Below are positions 36,963 to 49,937 of a stretch of DNA of 64,000 bases, piece by piece. How positions within the stretch are numbered: the first letter of the stretch is position 1; every line of letters begins with the position of its first letter. The notes beneath the pieces were generated by a model, which searched no databases, was not told the DNA's origin, and was given only the letters and a program-made list of their open reading frames with translations. A program made the position numbers and the translations under genes. Source of the DNA: Octopus sinensis (lineage: Eukaryota); the NCBI RefSeq assembly GCF_006345805.1, contig NW_021834205.1:1-64000 (forward strand). Direction: 5' to 3'.

Positions 36963-37375
36963 ATATTGATAGTTATCGCCAAACTAATATGGCAGTCCAT
37001 AAATATAGAACGAAAGCTGCCGTTGATTAGCTCCAAGAGGCCATCGCCTCTAGCTAGCTATGTGACACACGAATCTGTGTCCACGAACCTGTGTCCACTA
37101 AATTTAGGTAAATAATCCTTCGAACAGACGGTCAGTAGCGACGCCTGTTGGGTTCGGCTATTCTGCATTGATAAAGGGCAAATATCCTGAAACTAGTCTG
37201 CAGATGCCTGACCAGTAAGGGGAGCGGCTGACCTCCCCTGTTCGAAGGTTATAATGGACATAGGTTTGTATGTCACATAACTAGCTAGAGGCGATAACCA
37301 CTTGGAGCTATTCTACGGCAGCTTTCGTCCTATATTTATGGACTGCCATATTAGCTTGCCGATAACTATTAATAT
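36963..37375. repeat. Nested foldback (about 120-bp outer arms, about 25-bp inner arms)
   Basis: 36963-37082 vs reverse complement of 37256-37375; 37112-37135 vs 37228-37252. Confidence 0.9.
37162..37204 (+). ncRNA. Minimal type I hammerhead relic in the foldback loop
   Basis: TCTGCA-TTGATAA-AGG gcaaatat CCT-GAAA-CTAG-TC-TGCAGA. 6-bp helix I and ACTAGT palindrome; core is two transitions from CTGATGA. Confidence 0.65.
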
Positions 37376-37616
37376 ATATATATATGTAATTCTGTAGTGG
37401 GTATATAATATGTGGAAATTGACGATTTAAAAGTCTGTTATCAGCATATTGGCATGGAAATAATTTTCTTTTTGCCCTTGTTTATAAGTTGTTTATGATT
37501 TTAGCCTTTAAAGGTATTTTAATATGCCAATTTTTTGATGAAATTTGTTTCTGTAAAATAACTTCATCCTATATTAGTAGTAGTATATATATATATATAT
37601 ATATATACATTTACAT

Positions 37617-37649
<33 letters not shown>

Positions 37650-37701
37650 TACATACATATATACATACATACATACATACATACATACATACATACATAC
37701 A

Positions 37702-37732
<31 letters not shown>

Positions 37733-38191
37733 TCATACATATTCATACAGATATGTATATATATATATATATATATGTATATGCAGATGTCTGTGTCGCC
37801 TGTCGATTTCGTCATATGACCGTTCAGTCGACTGATGAGGTAAGCGACCTCTTCATAGAACTAGCCTCCGACGTGCATGAGTATTCCGCAGACACATCTA
37901 CCAATTAACGTAATTTGCATGCAGAATCAGCGTCACACACTGTGGCAAGGTATGATGTTGGGGTCTTTGAATTATAGGCGCAGTCTCACTGACGAGATTC
38001 TACACAGTTTCCGACTACCAAACTTCCCTCGTTTGGCTTGGAACAACATATGTTTATGGTAATGGTACTTACTCAACATGCTTATATGTACAACATGATA
38101 CTCAGTAGTATCGAACGCAGGACCTGCAGTGGTGAGCAAAACTTCTTAAACTTACTGTCATGCATGCGTCTAGTCATACATATTTGTGTGT

Positions 38192-38229
<38 letters not shown>

Positions 38230-38236
38230 TATGTAT

Positions 38237-38574
38237 GAGAGGCTGTGTGGTAAGAAGCTTGTTTCGAAACCACATGGTTCCGGGTTTAGTCTCACTGCGT
38301 AACACCTTGGGCAATTGTCTTCTACTATAGCCACGGGCCGACCAAAGCTTGTGAGTGGATGTATATAAAATTAACAGAATGAGATAAAAATCCAATGCTG
38401 TAAAAGATTTCAGAACAATTATAAAGCCAAGATCTTATTGCTGTTTCCGGGATATTATATATATTCCTTCATCGGAAACGGTGAGAAAATGGTTAAGCAA
38501 TAGTTATTCTAGAGAAGAGTGAAATAGAGTATATATATGTGTGTGTCTGTGTGTGTGTGTGTGTGTATGTATGC

Positions 38575-38605
<31 letters not shown>

Positions 38606-38828
38606 TGTGTTTCGTGTCTGTGTTTGTCTGCCCACCATTGCTTGACAACCGATGTTGGTGTCCGTATGTCCCCGTAACTTAGCGGTTCGGCATATGAGAC
38701 CGTTAGAATAAGTTCTAGCCTTACAAAGAATAAGTCCTCAGAGTCGATTTCTTCGACTAAAAAACCCTTTAAGTCAGTGTTCCAACATGGCCGCAGTCAA
38801 ATGACTGAAACAATTAAAAGAACAAAAG
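38237..38828 (+). mobile_element. SINE family A split into head (38237-38362) and tail half (38605-38828)
   Basis: Both halves match the family, with unrelated sequence between them. Confidence 0.7.
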
Positions 38829-39587
38829 AATATATTACATTAAGTGGGTGGTGGTGTTCTGTGTGTATGTGTGTATTATCTATATATATATATATATATA
38901 TATATCTTTACCAGGAGGTGACTGTCTCATTGTCACACGGTTGGTCTTTTACTCTCCAATTTTTCTGTTCGATTCGTAAAAGACTTTTCATTCTATTTTC
39001 CGGAAGCGTACAGAAACTTACTACGCTTTGTTCACTCTTTTATCTCATCTTTGTGGTCTTACTTTGCTTTACCCTCTCTCTCTCTCTTCTCTCTCTATTA
39101 TATATATATATATATAATATATTATATATATATAATATAGTATATATATATATATATATATATATAATAATATTATATATATATTATATATATATATATA
39201 TAATATATTACATACACTTGTATATATATATTATACATATCTATATATATTATATATATATATATAGAGAGAGAGAGAAGGAGAGCGAGAGAGAGCGAGA
39301 GGAGAGAGAGAGATCATAATCGTAATCGTAGTATATCTGTTCTCTTATGCGTCGTTGATGATAAGTAAAGGTGTGGTAGTACACTCATAGATTGTGTGCA
39401 GGGCACGTGAACGGAGATTGCATTCGGTAAAATGGATCAAATTGATAGAAAACATAGGAGCGCCAATATATATGAGTGCATGCGCTTTTATGAATGCGTG
39501 TGCCTGTATGTGTATACCTGATCATGTATGTATGTAATATATATATAGTGTTGATATATGTTCATGTAGATGTAGATATTGATAATT

Positions 39588-39680
<93 letters not shown>

Positions 39681-40073
39681 TATATATATATATTATATAT
39701 ATATATATATATTATATATATTATATATATTTCTATTATATATATATGATATATATCACTAAGCGCATTTACGTGCGTTGTTGCATAATATTATTTATAT
39801 ATACCGTAGCGCAATATACTAGCATGTATATGTAGTAGTTATTTATATTGTACGTGGTAGACATAATAACTGTTTATGACTACATTAGGTCTGAGTATAT
39901 AATACTGTAAGTGACTAACTGTTTATTCGCTAGTCTTTTCATGTTTTGCCATATCGGAACTATACTTCTATTGAAATTAATATACAGTATTACACACATG
40001 CATGCACGCATACACACACACACAAACACATGTGCATGCACACATAGACATGTATGTATGTTTGTATATATAT

Positions 40074-40891
40074 ATAAATCAAAATAAGCAACAGTATATC
40101 AAAAGGTGATGCAGTACGACCGTTTCAAGCGGCTCCATTTAACTGAAGAATGCAATCATTACATCAAAGATAAAATTTAAGATTATTAAAAATGTTATTA
40201 TAACCAGAATAGATAAAATGTCTATATATACCAATTTTCAACATTAGAAAGGAAAGATTACTTAATTACTCTTTAAGTGGTTTCTGTAAAGACTGCCCGG
40301 GGTATTTACTTATGGAATAATGGGGAGATAAATCATGCTATCTATATATTAATTATAAGCTAAGAATCTGAGAAAAAGAATCGGAAAAAGAAAAATAATA
40401 AAATAAGTTGTGCACAGATACATACTTATATTTAACTATGTGCACCCATGCAAATATACACAAATATTTGTACTTATGGGTATTTTATAATCAACTCTCA
40501 TAGACTTAAGTAACTAGAAAGTTTGGGACTCTATTTAAGAATATTAACAACTTATAGGGAATAAGAGGTTAATAGGTAAAGGTATAGCTTGTAATTAATA
40601 TATAGATAGTATGTTTTATCAGCCCAGTGTTTCATAAGTAAATACCCAGAAAATTGGTATATATACACATTTTATGTATTCTGGTTATAATATCATTTTT
40701 AATAACCTTAAATTTTATCTTTAGGCGCAGGAGTGGCTGTGTGGTAAGTAGCTTGCTAACCAACCACATGGTTCCGGGTTAAGTCCCACTGCGTGGCACC
40801 TTGGGCAAGTGTCTTCTACTATAGCCTCGGGCCGACCAATGCCTTGTGAGTGGATTTGGTAGACGGAAACTGAAAGAAACCCGTCGCCGTA

Positions 40892-40929
<38 letters not shown>

Positions 40930-41760
40930 TGGTGTTGCTTGTGTGTCTACGTGTCCCCCTAGCATTGCTTGACAACCGATGCTGGTGTGTTTACGTCCCG
41001 TTACTTAGCGGTTCGGCAAAAAGAGACCGATAGAATAAGTACTGGACTTACAAAAGAATAAGTCCCGGGGTCGAGTTGCTCGATTAAAAGCAGTGCTCCA
41101 GAATGGCCGCAGTCATATGACTGAAACAAGTAAAAGAGTAAAGAGTTTATACAACATAACAATATTGTTTATATACAATCACCCATAGTATCCCATGATA
41201 ATTTTCTCTGTATTAATAACATATGTTTTATTAGCGTCTTGCCCCTTTAACTGGTAATTAAGATCTTGGTTTGGGGTCTCTCCCCTACCCAGCCTCCTTT
41301 ATAAACAGTTACTTTATACTAATACTAAAATCCCGATAATATTTATGACCATACCCAGCTATAAACTGTCAACTCACTCCTGCTCTCCATTCTAAACGGA
41401 CACAGTCCTTTTGTCTTAGATTTTGTAGTTGATAATAATACTAATAAATTAAAAATTAACCACAATCCTTTACAAGCTATGACCCCAACAAACTCCATAC
41501 AGTTCTTAGAAGTGTAGTATATTCTTAGCTACATTAGTGGCAACATGGACTCTTTCCCTATTCTTGCTCTATTAGAGCACTTGAGTAAAATTATATTAAT
41601 CTGTCCAACTGATGAAAAAATTCTATTTATTTATTTATGCAACTGAGGATAGACCTGCAGTTAAATTGATGTAATGATTGCATTGTTCAATTAAATAGAG
41701 CCACTTGAAACGGTCGTACTGCGTCACCTCTTGATATCCTGTTGCTTATTTTGATTTTAT
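40074..41760. repeat. Discontinuous inverted duplication / foldback
   Basis: 40074-40167 is the reverse complement of 41666-41760; 40168-40362 is the reverse complement of 40583-40722 (one side has an insert). Confidence 0.85.
40723..41146 (+). mobile_element. SINE family A, full-length
   Basis: Complete head, TA microsatellite and tail. Confidence 0.95.
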
Positions 41761-41852
41761 TCAACTTACTTTGAGTTGTATGGATAATACCATACTGATC
41801 TAGTACTTCAGTGTAAGTACGTAATTCAACTGAATCTCAATTATATATATAT

Positions 41853-41885
<33 letters not shown>

Positions 41886-42072
41886 TTTATATATATTATA
41901 ACCTATATATACATATATATATATGTATATATATCATATATATATATACACATGTATATATCATATATATATATACATATATAAAGTATGTATATACACA
42001 GGTAAATACATATATATATATATCTATATAATATATTATATACAGGTAAATACATATATACCTTATATATCT

Positions 42073-42117
<45 letters not shown>

Positions 42118-42223
42118 TGTGGGTGTGTGTGTGTGTGTGTTTGTATCGCAATACATGGATTCCCAGAATCATGTGGTTTTCACAGAAACCTCTTTCACTG
42201 GTCCCAGCTATCATACCACATAG

Positions 42224-42303
42224 TTATCTGATACGGATGAGTGTAATGCAGAGTTCGATACAGCTGAAATTCAAATCCAATCGTTGAAACAACTTCATGA
42301 GAA
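42224..42303 (+). CDS. Candidate exon LSDTDECNAEFDTAEIQIQSLKQLHEK (phase 0 to 2)
   Basis: cacatag|..GAGAA|gtatgt. Helical, non-repetitive peptide; joins in frame to 27154 and 58420. Confidence 0.4.
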
Positions 42304-42480
42304 GTATGTAAACCATAAAAAAAAATCAAGGGATATGAGATATGAACGCATTTATTTAGCCACTTTTTATCTTTAGTTTCGTAGCTCAACACGTAATAAC
42401 GATTACAGTGTATGATCAATTATTTTACATGTCTGTACTAATATGCTTGATATATATTGTACAATACAATTGAACATTTT

Positions 42481-42615
42481 CAAATCAATGCAGATAAAGC
42501 AAACTAGCTCATCACATCACGAGCGTATCATGGCTAAGCCAATACTTCAAGCATCGGTTGAACCATGAGGTTCTGGTAAAGTGATCAGCTAGCTTTCTTT
42601 ATCTGCATTGATTTG
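42481..42615. other. 135-nt rod-like hairpin
   Basis: CAAATCAATGCAGATAAAG / CTTTATCTGCATTGATTTG (19-bp perfect) plus CTAGCT.ATCAC, TCATGG/CCATGA and TTCAA/TTGAA inner stems. Confidence 0.8.
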
Positions 42616-42865
42616 TATATACAGTTGTATTATACAGTCGTATTGTATAATGTGTTGCATGCCTATTTGGACAGATTGGTAGAATGATTTACTATTCACT
42701 GAAATTAATATTACATGATGAAAGTTGCGAAGTGGCCGTAAGCGTGAGGATAACAAGTGATTAAATAAATATATTCGTCTCTCATATCTCCTGACGTTTT
42801 ATGGTTTATGTGTGTGCGTGTGTGTCAGAGAGAGATGGAGAGGGAGAGAGAGAGAGAGAGAGATG

Positions 42866-42899
<34 letters not shown>

Positions 42900-43745
42900 G
42901 AGAGGTCGAGAAAAAGAGGGGACGATACGGGGACAGACAAAACAAACGTTGGGATCAGGCTATCGAATGAGACGAAACGTATGAATAAACAAAGAATGAA
43001 AATATATACAATTAAATGAGAATGAGTAATTAACAAAAAATGAAGCGGAGGACGCGGTCGATCCCAGATACGGTTGTGTGTGTCTGTGCTTATTTTTATC
43101 TGTTAAGTTAAGAGCGAAAGCAGTGTCCGTAACTTGTTCCAGTTGAAAGGCATCCTCAAGCCAGAAGCCTGGTTCAAATCCATGCAATAAGTAGGGATCC
43201 ACTAAACGCATGGAAGGTGTCTAATGGTGGCTTTTCACCGAGCGACTAAGTATACAGCTAAAGTAGGCCCAGGCGGAATTTGAACTCAGCACAATTGCAT
43301 TCGGTCTAACATCCCTACCAATTCACCAGTCCATTTCTTGGAATTGCTACAAATTTATCGACCCCAGATGAGGTTAACTTCGTTGTATTTTAAACTCAGG
43401 AGGCTGAGATTCAGAACAAATGCATGAAGCTTTCGGTCCAACATTCTATGTATGTCAATTCACCCCTGTGCCCTTGTGACTCATAATGGCACAAGACATG
43501 TTTTACATGGAGCTATAACTCACCTTAATTCTGTTCTGTTTTTAAAATGTGCATGGAGCGGAAATACATTACAACGCCCTTCTTTTGTTTTACAACAAAA
43601 TTATATAATACATTCTATCATATGATATTTCTAAGTATTTTTAGGATGGTTGTTAGATGTTACTGGTGAGCATTTTATTTCCCTGTTTGTATTAGTAACG
43701 GGAAAGTATTTCTCTGTAGTCCTCTGTTGATGGTACTTTCGTCGA

Positions 43746-43975
43746 AGGCGAGCTTGCAGAAACGTTAGCACGCCGGGCGAAATGCTTAGCGGTATTTCGC
43801 CTGCCGCTACGTTCGCAGTTCAAATACCACCGACGTCGACTTTGCCTTTAATCCTTTCGGGGTCGATTAAATAAGTACCAGTTACGCACTGGGGTTGATA
43901 TAATCAATTAAACCGTTTGTCTATCCTTGTTTGTCCCCTCTGTGTTTAGCCCCTTGTGAGTAGTAAAGAAATAGG
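43746..43975 (+). mobile_element. SINE family B monomer
   Basis: Direct repeat GGTACTTTCGTCGAAGG at 43732-43748 and 43974-43990. Confidence 0.95.
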
Positions 43976-44354
43976 TACTTTCGTCGAAGGATAACACATT
44001 CAGCCTATTGTTGATGGTTATTGACCTATGTTTGATGACGGTGAGGGGTTGGATTGGATGTAAATCTTCAATGGGTCCTGGTAGGTTTCTTGAAAAAAAT
44101 ATCATATAGTTTGTAGCTCGGTTTCATCCCAACATCCAGAACGTTTACCATGGTGAATTTCGCTAAGTCAGTTAACTTTTCGGGGAATATTGTTCTTTTT
44201 TAAGTACTTCAAAGACCTGCTGAAGACGAACATTTGAAGAATGAGTAACGTCGTTCCTTCAGTAGTTATTAGAAGTCATTGCCACCCGCTGTTCACTAAA
44301 GCCGCTTTCTTATTGTTTGAGGAGTGAAGATGTAGAGGAGAATATATTCAATAT

Positions 44355-44587
44355 CTATTTCTTTACTACCCACAAGGGGCTAAACACAGAAAGGACAAAG
44401 AAGGACGGACAAACGGATTAAGTCGATTATATCGACTCCAGTGCATAACTGGTATTTATTTAATCGACCCCGAAAGGATGAAAGGCAAAGTCGGCCTCGG
44501 CGGAATTTGAACTCAGAACGTAGCGGCAGACGAAATACCGCTAAGCATTTCGCCCGCGCGCTAACGTTTCTGCCAGCTCGCCACCTT
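44355..44587 (-). mobile_element. SINE family B monomer
   Basis: Full reverse-complement match; AATA(T/A)ATTCAATA flanking repeat. Confidence 0.93.
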
Positions 44588-44738
44588 CAAATAAATTCAA
44601 TACCACCAACACTAATGTCACTAATACTAATATAAAATCGCTACTAATGTCACGACCACCATTATTTCCACAACTACCATCACCATTGTCATCACCACCA
44701 CTACCACTGTCACCACAATCACCACCAACAACAACCGT

Positions 44739-44932
44739 GGAGGTGCAATGGCCCAGTGGTTAGGGAAGCGGCCTCGCGGTCGTAAGAACGCAGTTTCGAT
44801 TCCCAGACCGGCGTTGTGTTTTAATTGAGCAGAACTACCTAAGCTCCACCACGAGGCTCCGTCGGGGAGGTGTGGTGAACCCTGCTGTACTCTTTTCACC
44901 ACAACTTTCTCTCACTCTTCTTCCTACTTCTG
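44739..44932 (+). mobile_element. SINE family C head/body, diverged
   Basis: GGAGGTGCAATGGCCCAGTGGTTAGGG..TTTCGATTCCCAGACCGG. Confidence 0.85.
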
Positions 44933-45211
44933 CACAAAGCAAGGAACCATGGTGTAACCCACTATGGTGTGGTAACTTTCAGACCCTAGTCTAGATTGCG
45001 AATCCTCTGTATCTTAGGATGGTTCAGCTCTCCACCCATTAAAAAGCCACCGTTTATGGAATGAGGATAACAACGTAGCTTTCGCGCCTGTGCAACCGCC
45101 AGTTTATCGCGTTTGGTGGGTGGATGTTCAAGTTGCCACACACATTCTCAGTAGCTTAGATTAGGCTCAAATTAGAGATTAATCTTTGTGGCTCATGGCG
45201 TGAGTCCTTAT

Positions 45212-45452
45212 TGGAAGAAGAAGAAGAAGAAGAAGAAGAAGAAGGAGAGGAGAGGAGGAGGAGTAGGAGAAGGAGACAAGGAATGAGGGAGGAGGAGGAG
45301 AGAAGAGAAGAAGGAGACGAAAAAGAAGAAGAAGAAAAGAAGAAGAAAGAAAAAGAAGAAGAGAAGAAGAAGAAGAGGAAGAAGAAGAGAAGAAGAAAGA
45401 AGAAAAATAAGAAGAGAAGAAGAAGAAGAAAGAAGAAGAAGAAAACGAAGAA
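45212..45452. repeat. Purine-rich (GAA/GGA)n tract
   Basis: Direct reading. Confidence 0.95.
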
Positions 45453-47326
45453 GACAACAACCTCACTGACAGCATCGTACATACAGAATTACGATGTTAG
45501 AATCATTTAGTAGCTGTACTATATACTGTAAGATGTGTGGGTGCAAAAGCTAATCGTATTTAACAAAATAAATAGCTGAGGTTAATTGCACGGATGTATC
45601 ATCTCTAAATTAAACAATAGTCAAATTAATATTAGTATATTTAATGAAGTGAACATTAAAATTCAAATTAAATATTGAACATGCGGTGGGGAAAAGACAG
45701 TATTACTTCAGTTTAATACATACTGAAGATCTGGTGAAACTTCCCGTAATGGATGCTGATTTATCAAAAGAAGTTGGTTGTATGATGCACATTGATGTGT
45801 CTAACCACACACATTGTTTCTGAATGAACCTCACCACATCACAAGGATGTGTGTGTCATTCAGGTTAGTGAAACTGTCATCATAGTGGCCAACAACAACA
45901 GATTTCACTAATTTTATTCACTATTTGTGCAGTTAACAAAAAGAAATCGAAAGTCTAATCTAATAATTCTTTTTCTTGAAACAAATTCGGAGTAAGGAAT
46001 GGTGTGAACAGGGGTTGTTTTGTCGGTTTCTGCTGGAAGAATTCGGAGCAATGGTAATAAGGTGCTAAAAGAAAAATGGTGAACAATAAACCAATATTTT
46101 GAAACGAATGTGCAGCAGATAAAATGAGCTGCAAGTGATTGATGAAAGAAAAGTTGCTTTCTTTCCGTCTCGTCTAAGCAAATATTTATTAACAGACCCA
46201 GGATTGTATGAATTTCTCAGTAGTCGGTATTTGACGAGAGATTCGCCATCTTTGCAAACTTGTCGGCTTGTTTACTTTCGCTGTTAAACAGGCAGGGTTA
46301 CGCTATGATAATAATAAAAATAACGATTCTAAAAATAGTCATTATTATTAACATCGCTGTTGTTGATGTTATTACGAGTTTCCCATTCAACTTTTCTTTC
46401 TACTTTAAAAAAAATTTCTATTATTGATTTATGTCTTGTCTCCTTTGTGTTTGTTTTGGATTTGGTTTCCCTGAATTTTCTTTCTCGTTTTCGTTTATTT
46501 TCTCCTATTTTGAGATTCATTTTATTCTTTCCTTTCCCATCCATAACTCGCTAGGATTGTTTTCACTTCAGCCGATGACAACTTCGATATTTCCAACTAA
46601 ATGCCAATGTTTGCCGCTTCCAATTATGTCAACTGCCACTTCCATCGTTCCATTGACATCCTTTCTCTTTACATATCTGTTAACAATGCAAAGTTTCGCC
46701 AACAAAGTCAGTAGCTTCATAGAAACCTAAGCTGACCAATGAAAGACGATCAATATAAACGACAATGACGATGACGACGACGACTTCATATAAACTGTAA
46801 TAACATTTCCTACATTAGTCATACATAACTTAAACAGGAGTTCCAGGAATGCTACCGTCAAGGGAAACGACGCTGGATAAAATGTGCAACTTCAGAAGGA
46901 GACTCCTTCGAAGGAGTTTGATTGCCGAATTTATATATATTGTGGTATTCTTTATATAAAATCATTTCCGATACTTTTTGATCAGACTACGTATATACAT
47001 ATATACATGTATGTGTATGTATGTATGTATGTATGTATGTATGTATGTATGTATGTATGTATGTATGTATGTATTTATATATAAAAACTTAGATAATATA
47101 TATATATATATATATAATATATAGAGAGAGAGAGAGAGGGGGGGAGAGAATTGGATGAAAATGGCTATGACCGGTTTATAGGGTTACCCTGTGTTTCACG
47201 TCCTAGGGTTACTCCATAGAATAACGATAGCCATCTCTATCTAATTACTTCATTGCTCTTTAACTTAGAATCTTCTTCTCTTTCAGAATTTTTGATTTAC
47301 TGACGATATATATATATATTATATAT

Positions 47327-48665
47327 AGCTTAGATAACTTAGATATGTTTCGAGCAAAGATTGGTCCAAGCCATGTCTTATGTAATAGCACCACCTGATA
47401 GGATTTGCTAAATATTTTTAAGTCACGTTTTGTGGTATCATGGCCCGTTCGAGTAGGTCGCTCTTATTGAGTGAGTTGTATCCAGGTATAGGTGTCATAT
47501 CCGGTATCCCTCTGGTATCCCTTGAAGAAATTTGTCCAGATTCCGTTTAAAGGTGATGGAATGCGTTTCCTCTTTGATCTGTTTTGGGACAATGTTCAAT
47601 AGGGCAGGGCCTGTTGAGGAAAAGAAATTGTGTTGCAATGTATTTAAGTTTTGTGATCCTGAATTAATTAGGAGACTTTGGCCCGTGGTCCTAGCCTTGG
47701 ATGAATTCTGAAGTAATGCTGGCGGTAGATTCTCCACATCGTGCAAATAATGTATCACTCACGGCGGCGCTGGAGAGAATAGTGTTTCAATGTTTTTAGG
47801 CGGTCCCAATAATCGAGATCAGTGATACCTTAATTTTTTTCGTGAATGCCATCTGGGGAGGTTCAGTTTTAGGAATGTTGTGTTTTGTGTTAAGAGACCA
47901 CGGGGGAAAGCAGTATTCGATGTGTGGCCGTACAAAGGAGGAGAAAAGAAGAAAGATGATACCTTGTTCTCTGGACCGGAAAGTTCTTAGGACCCAGGAG
48001 CTCATCCTATCAGCTATACCGACGTTATTGTTGATGTGGGCACTCTAGCTGAGATTGTTGTCTACAATTAGTCTTAGGTCTCTGATATTACTTATCTTGT
48101 GAGTGGTTCTCCTGAAGGAAGAGAATATAATTGCTTTAGTATAGTCTTTTTTCCAAAATGCATCACTTCAAATTTTCCCTCGTTTAGTCGCATTTTGTTT
48201 TTGTCTGCCCATCGACTTACAGCATGTAGATCACACTGGAGTTCAGTTAGGTCTTCTACGTTGATACTTTTCTGGAGCTTAGAATCATCGGCGAATATTT
48301 TCACATTACTATGTTTGATGACGCTTGAAATGTCGTTTATATAGACTATGAACAGAAAAGGACCCAAAACAGCCTTCTGAAGGACACCACTGGTGACTTT
48401 TGTTGGGTTTGAGTGGATTCCACCGATCACATGTTGTGTTTTGTTTTCCAGGAAATCCTCAATCCAGTGTGGTAGTTTTCCACGGATATCAATATTTGAT
48501 AATTTTTACAGTAGAATATTGTGGTCGACTCTGTCGAACGCTTTACTAAAGTCCAAATATATGACATCAGAGTTCGAACTTGATCCCAAAGCTGTAAGGA
48601 CATCATCGACGTGATGTAAGAGCTGTGTTAGATAGCCTCAGCCGCAGCGAAAACCATAATGGTTT
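47327..48665 (-). mobile_element. CR1-group LINE relic with RT core
   Basis: YLDFSKAFDRVDH; VTSGVLQKAVLGPFLFIVYIND; FADDSKL; RPHIEYC; LKHYSLQRRR; 3' tail ATCTAAGTTATCTAAG. Confidence 0.92.
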
Positions 48666-48815
48666 AAATTTAGAAGTTTGTGGCTCTCCAAGAAGCCAGC
48701 TATCCTATATATATGTATGTATATACTTGTTTATTATTATTATTTATTATTATTATTATATATATATATATGCGACTATATATATGATAGCTTGGAATTA
48801 TCCGTATAACTATTG

Positions 48816-48846
<31 letters not shown>

Positions 48847-49937
48847 CACACACGCACACATACGCAGACACTCACACACACATACACATACACACACATA
48901 CATACACAAACGCGCGTGCGCTCACATTCTTAGCTACTCCTACATTTTACTCTTTAAAACAAACTCACTATATCTGAACGATTCGCTTTCATTATATATG
49001 AACATATATTCCTCAACGAAAGAAAGTTTAATTAACACAAATTTAATTTATGCATATAATTAATTTAACATCATTATATTTCATTATATGTAGACTTTAC
49101 TATAGTAACAATAAATTAACATGGATATTATCTTGGCTTGGTTAAGCAGAAATATTTGTGTGTGGCCTTCATTGCTTTCACACTGATATAGGATTTGGTT
49201 TAATTCCAAGTTCGTATTTATGTTGTACGTATGTAATGTTAATATCTCATTAGTTAATATCATTAGTTAATATTAAGATAATTTAATTAAACAGAAATTC
49301 TTGAAGATAATTTTCTTAGCAGGCAGACATACCGATATTCATGGAAAACAACTTTTATAACCATAATGGTTTCCAGCATAGGCACGAGGCCAGGTATGGT
49401 TAAGACGATCGCTTGGTAAACTATTGGGATTTTAGTTCAATACCCAAGAAAGGAAAGTTATGCTTCCTCCATATTAGAACTTATTCTTTTTCTTCCCTTG
49501 CTCGTTATTTTCACAACCAATTCTTCTTCTTCCTCTTCCTCCTCCACCTCATCCTCCTCTTCTTCTTGTTTCGTCCATTAATGTTATTTCATTAAATCCT
49601 TATTTCTGCTTTTATCCATAAAGATATTTTATGTTACACGAACACACTTCCATACCTACGTTGCAACCACTAACCTCCACCCACTTGATGAACCAAAAAT
49701 ATGCAACAGGCTCCAACAATCAAAAAAAAATATGATCTGATCAACAACTTTTTCCTCCTCTCTCCTTTTGTCTGTCTGTCTCTCTGTGTCTCTCTCTCTC
49801 TCTCTCTCTCTCTTCCATGACTTTATATATATATATATATATATTAATAATAATAATATGACAACAAAAGAAGGAATGAGGCCTCGATATTATGTAAATA
49901 GAGGAATTTATCTATAAATATATCATGCTACAATTAG

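Noticed and set aside
37801-37870. Two HHR-like halves diverging from the TCAGTCGACTGA palindrome
   Set aside because: One lacks a correct core and helix III, the other lacks GAAA after helix II. Simple hairpins explain it
41778-41810. Helitron 3' end (GTATGG/CCATAC hairpin plus CTAG|T)
   Set aside because: Hairpin is short and too close to CTAG; no matching 5' TC end identified
43095-43210. Short protein-like frames on both strands
   Set aside because: Closed by stops; no recognisable family or consistent splice sites
45723-45745. CTGAAGA-TCTGGT-GAAAC and a short frame TEDLVKLPVMDADLSKEVG
   Set aside because: No helix II; no convincing splice donor or phase fit for an exon
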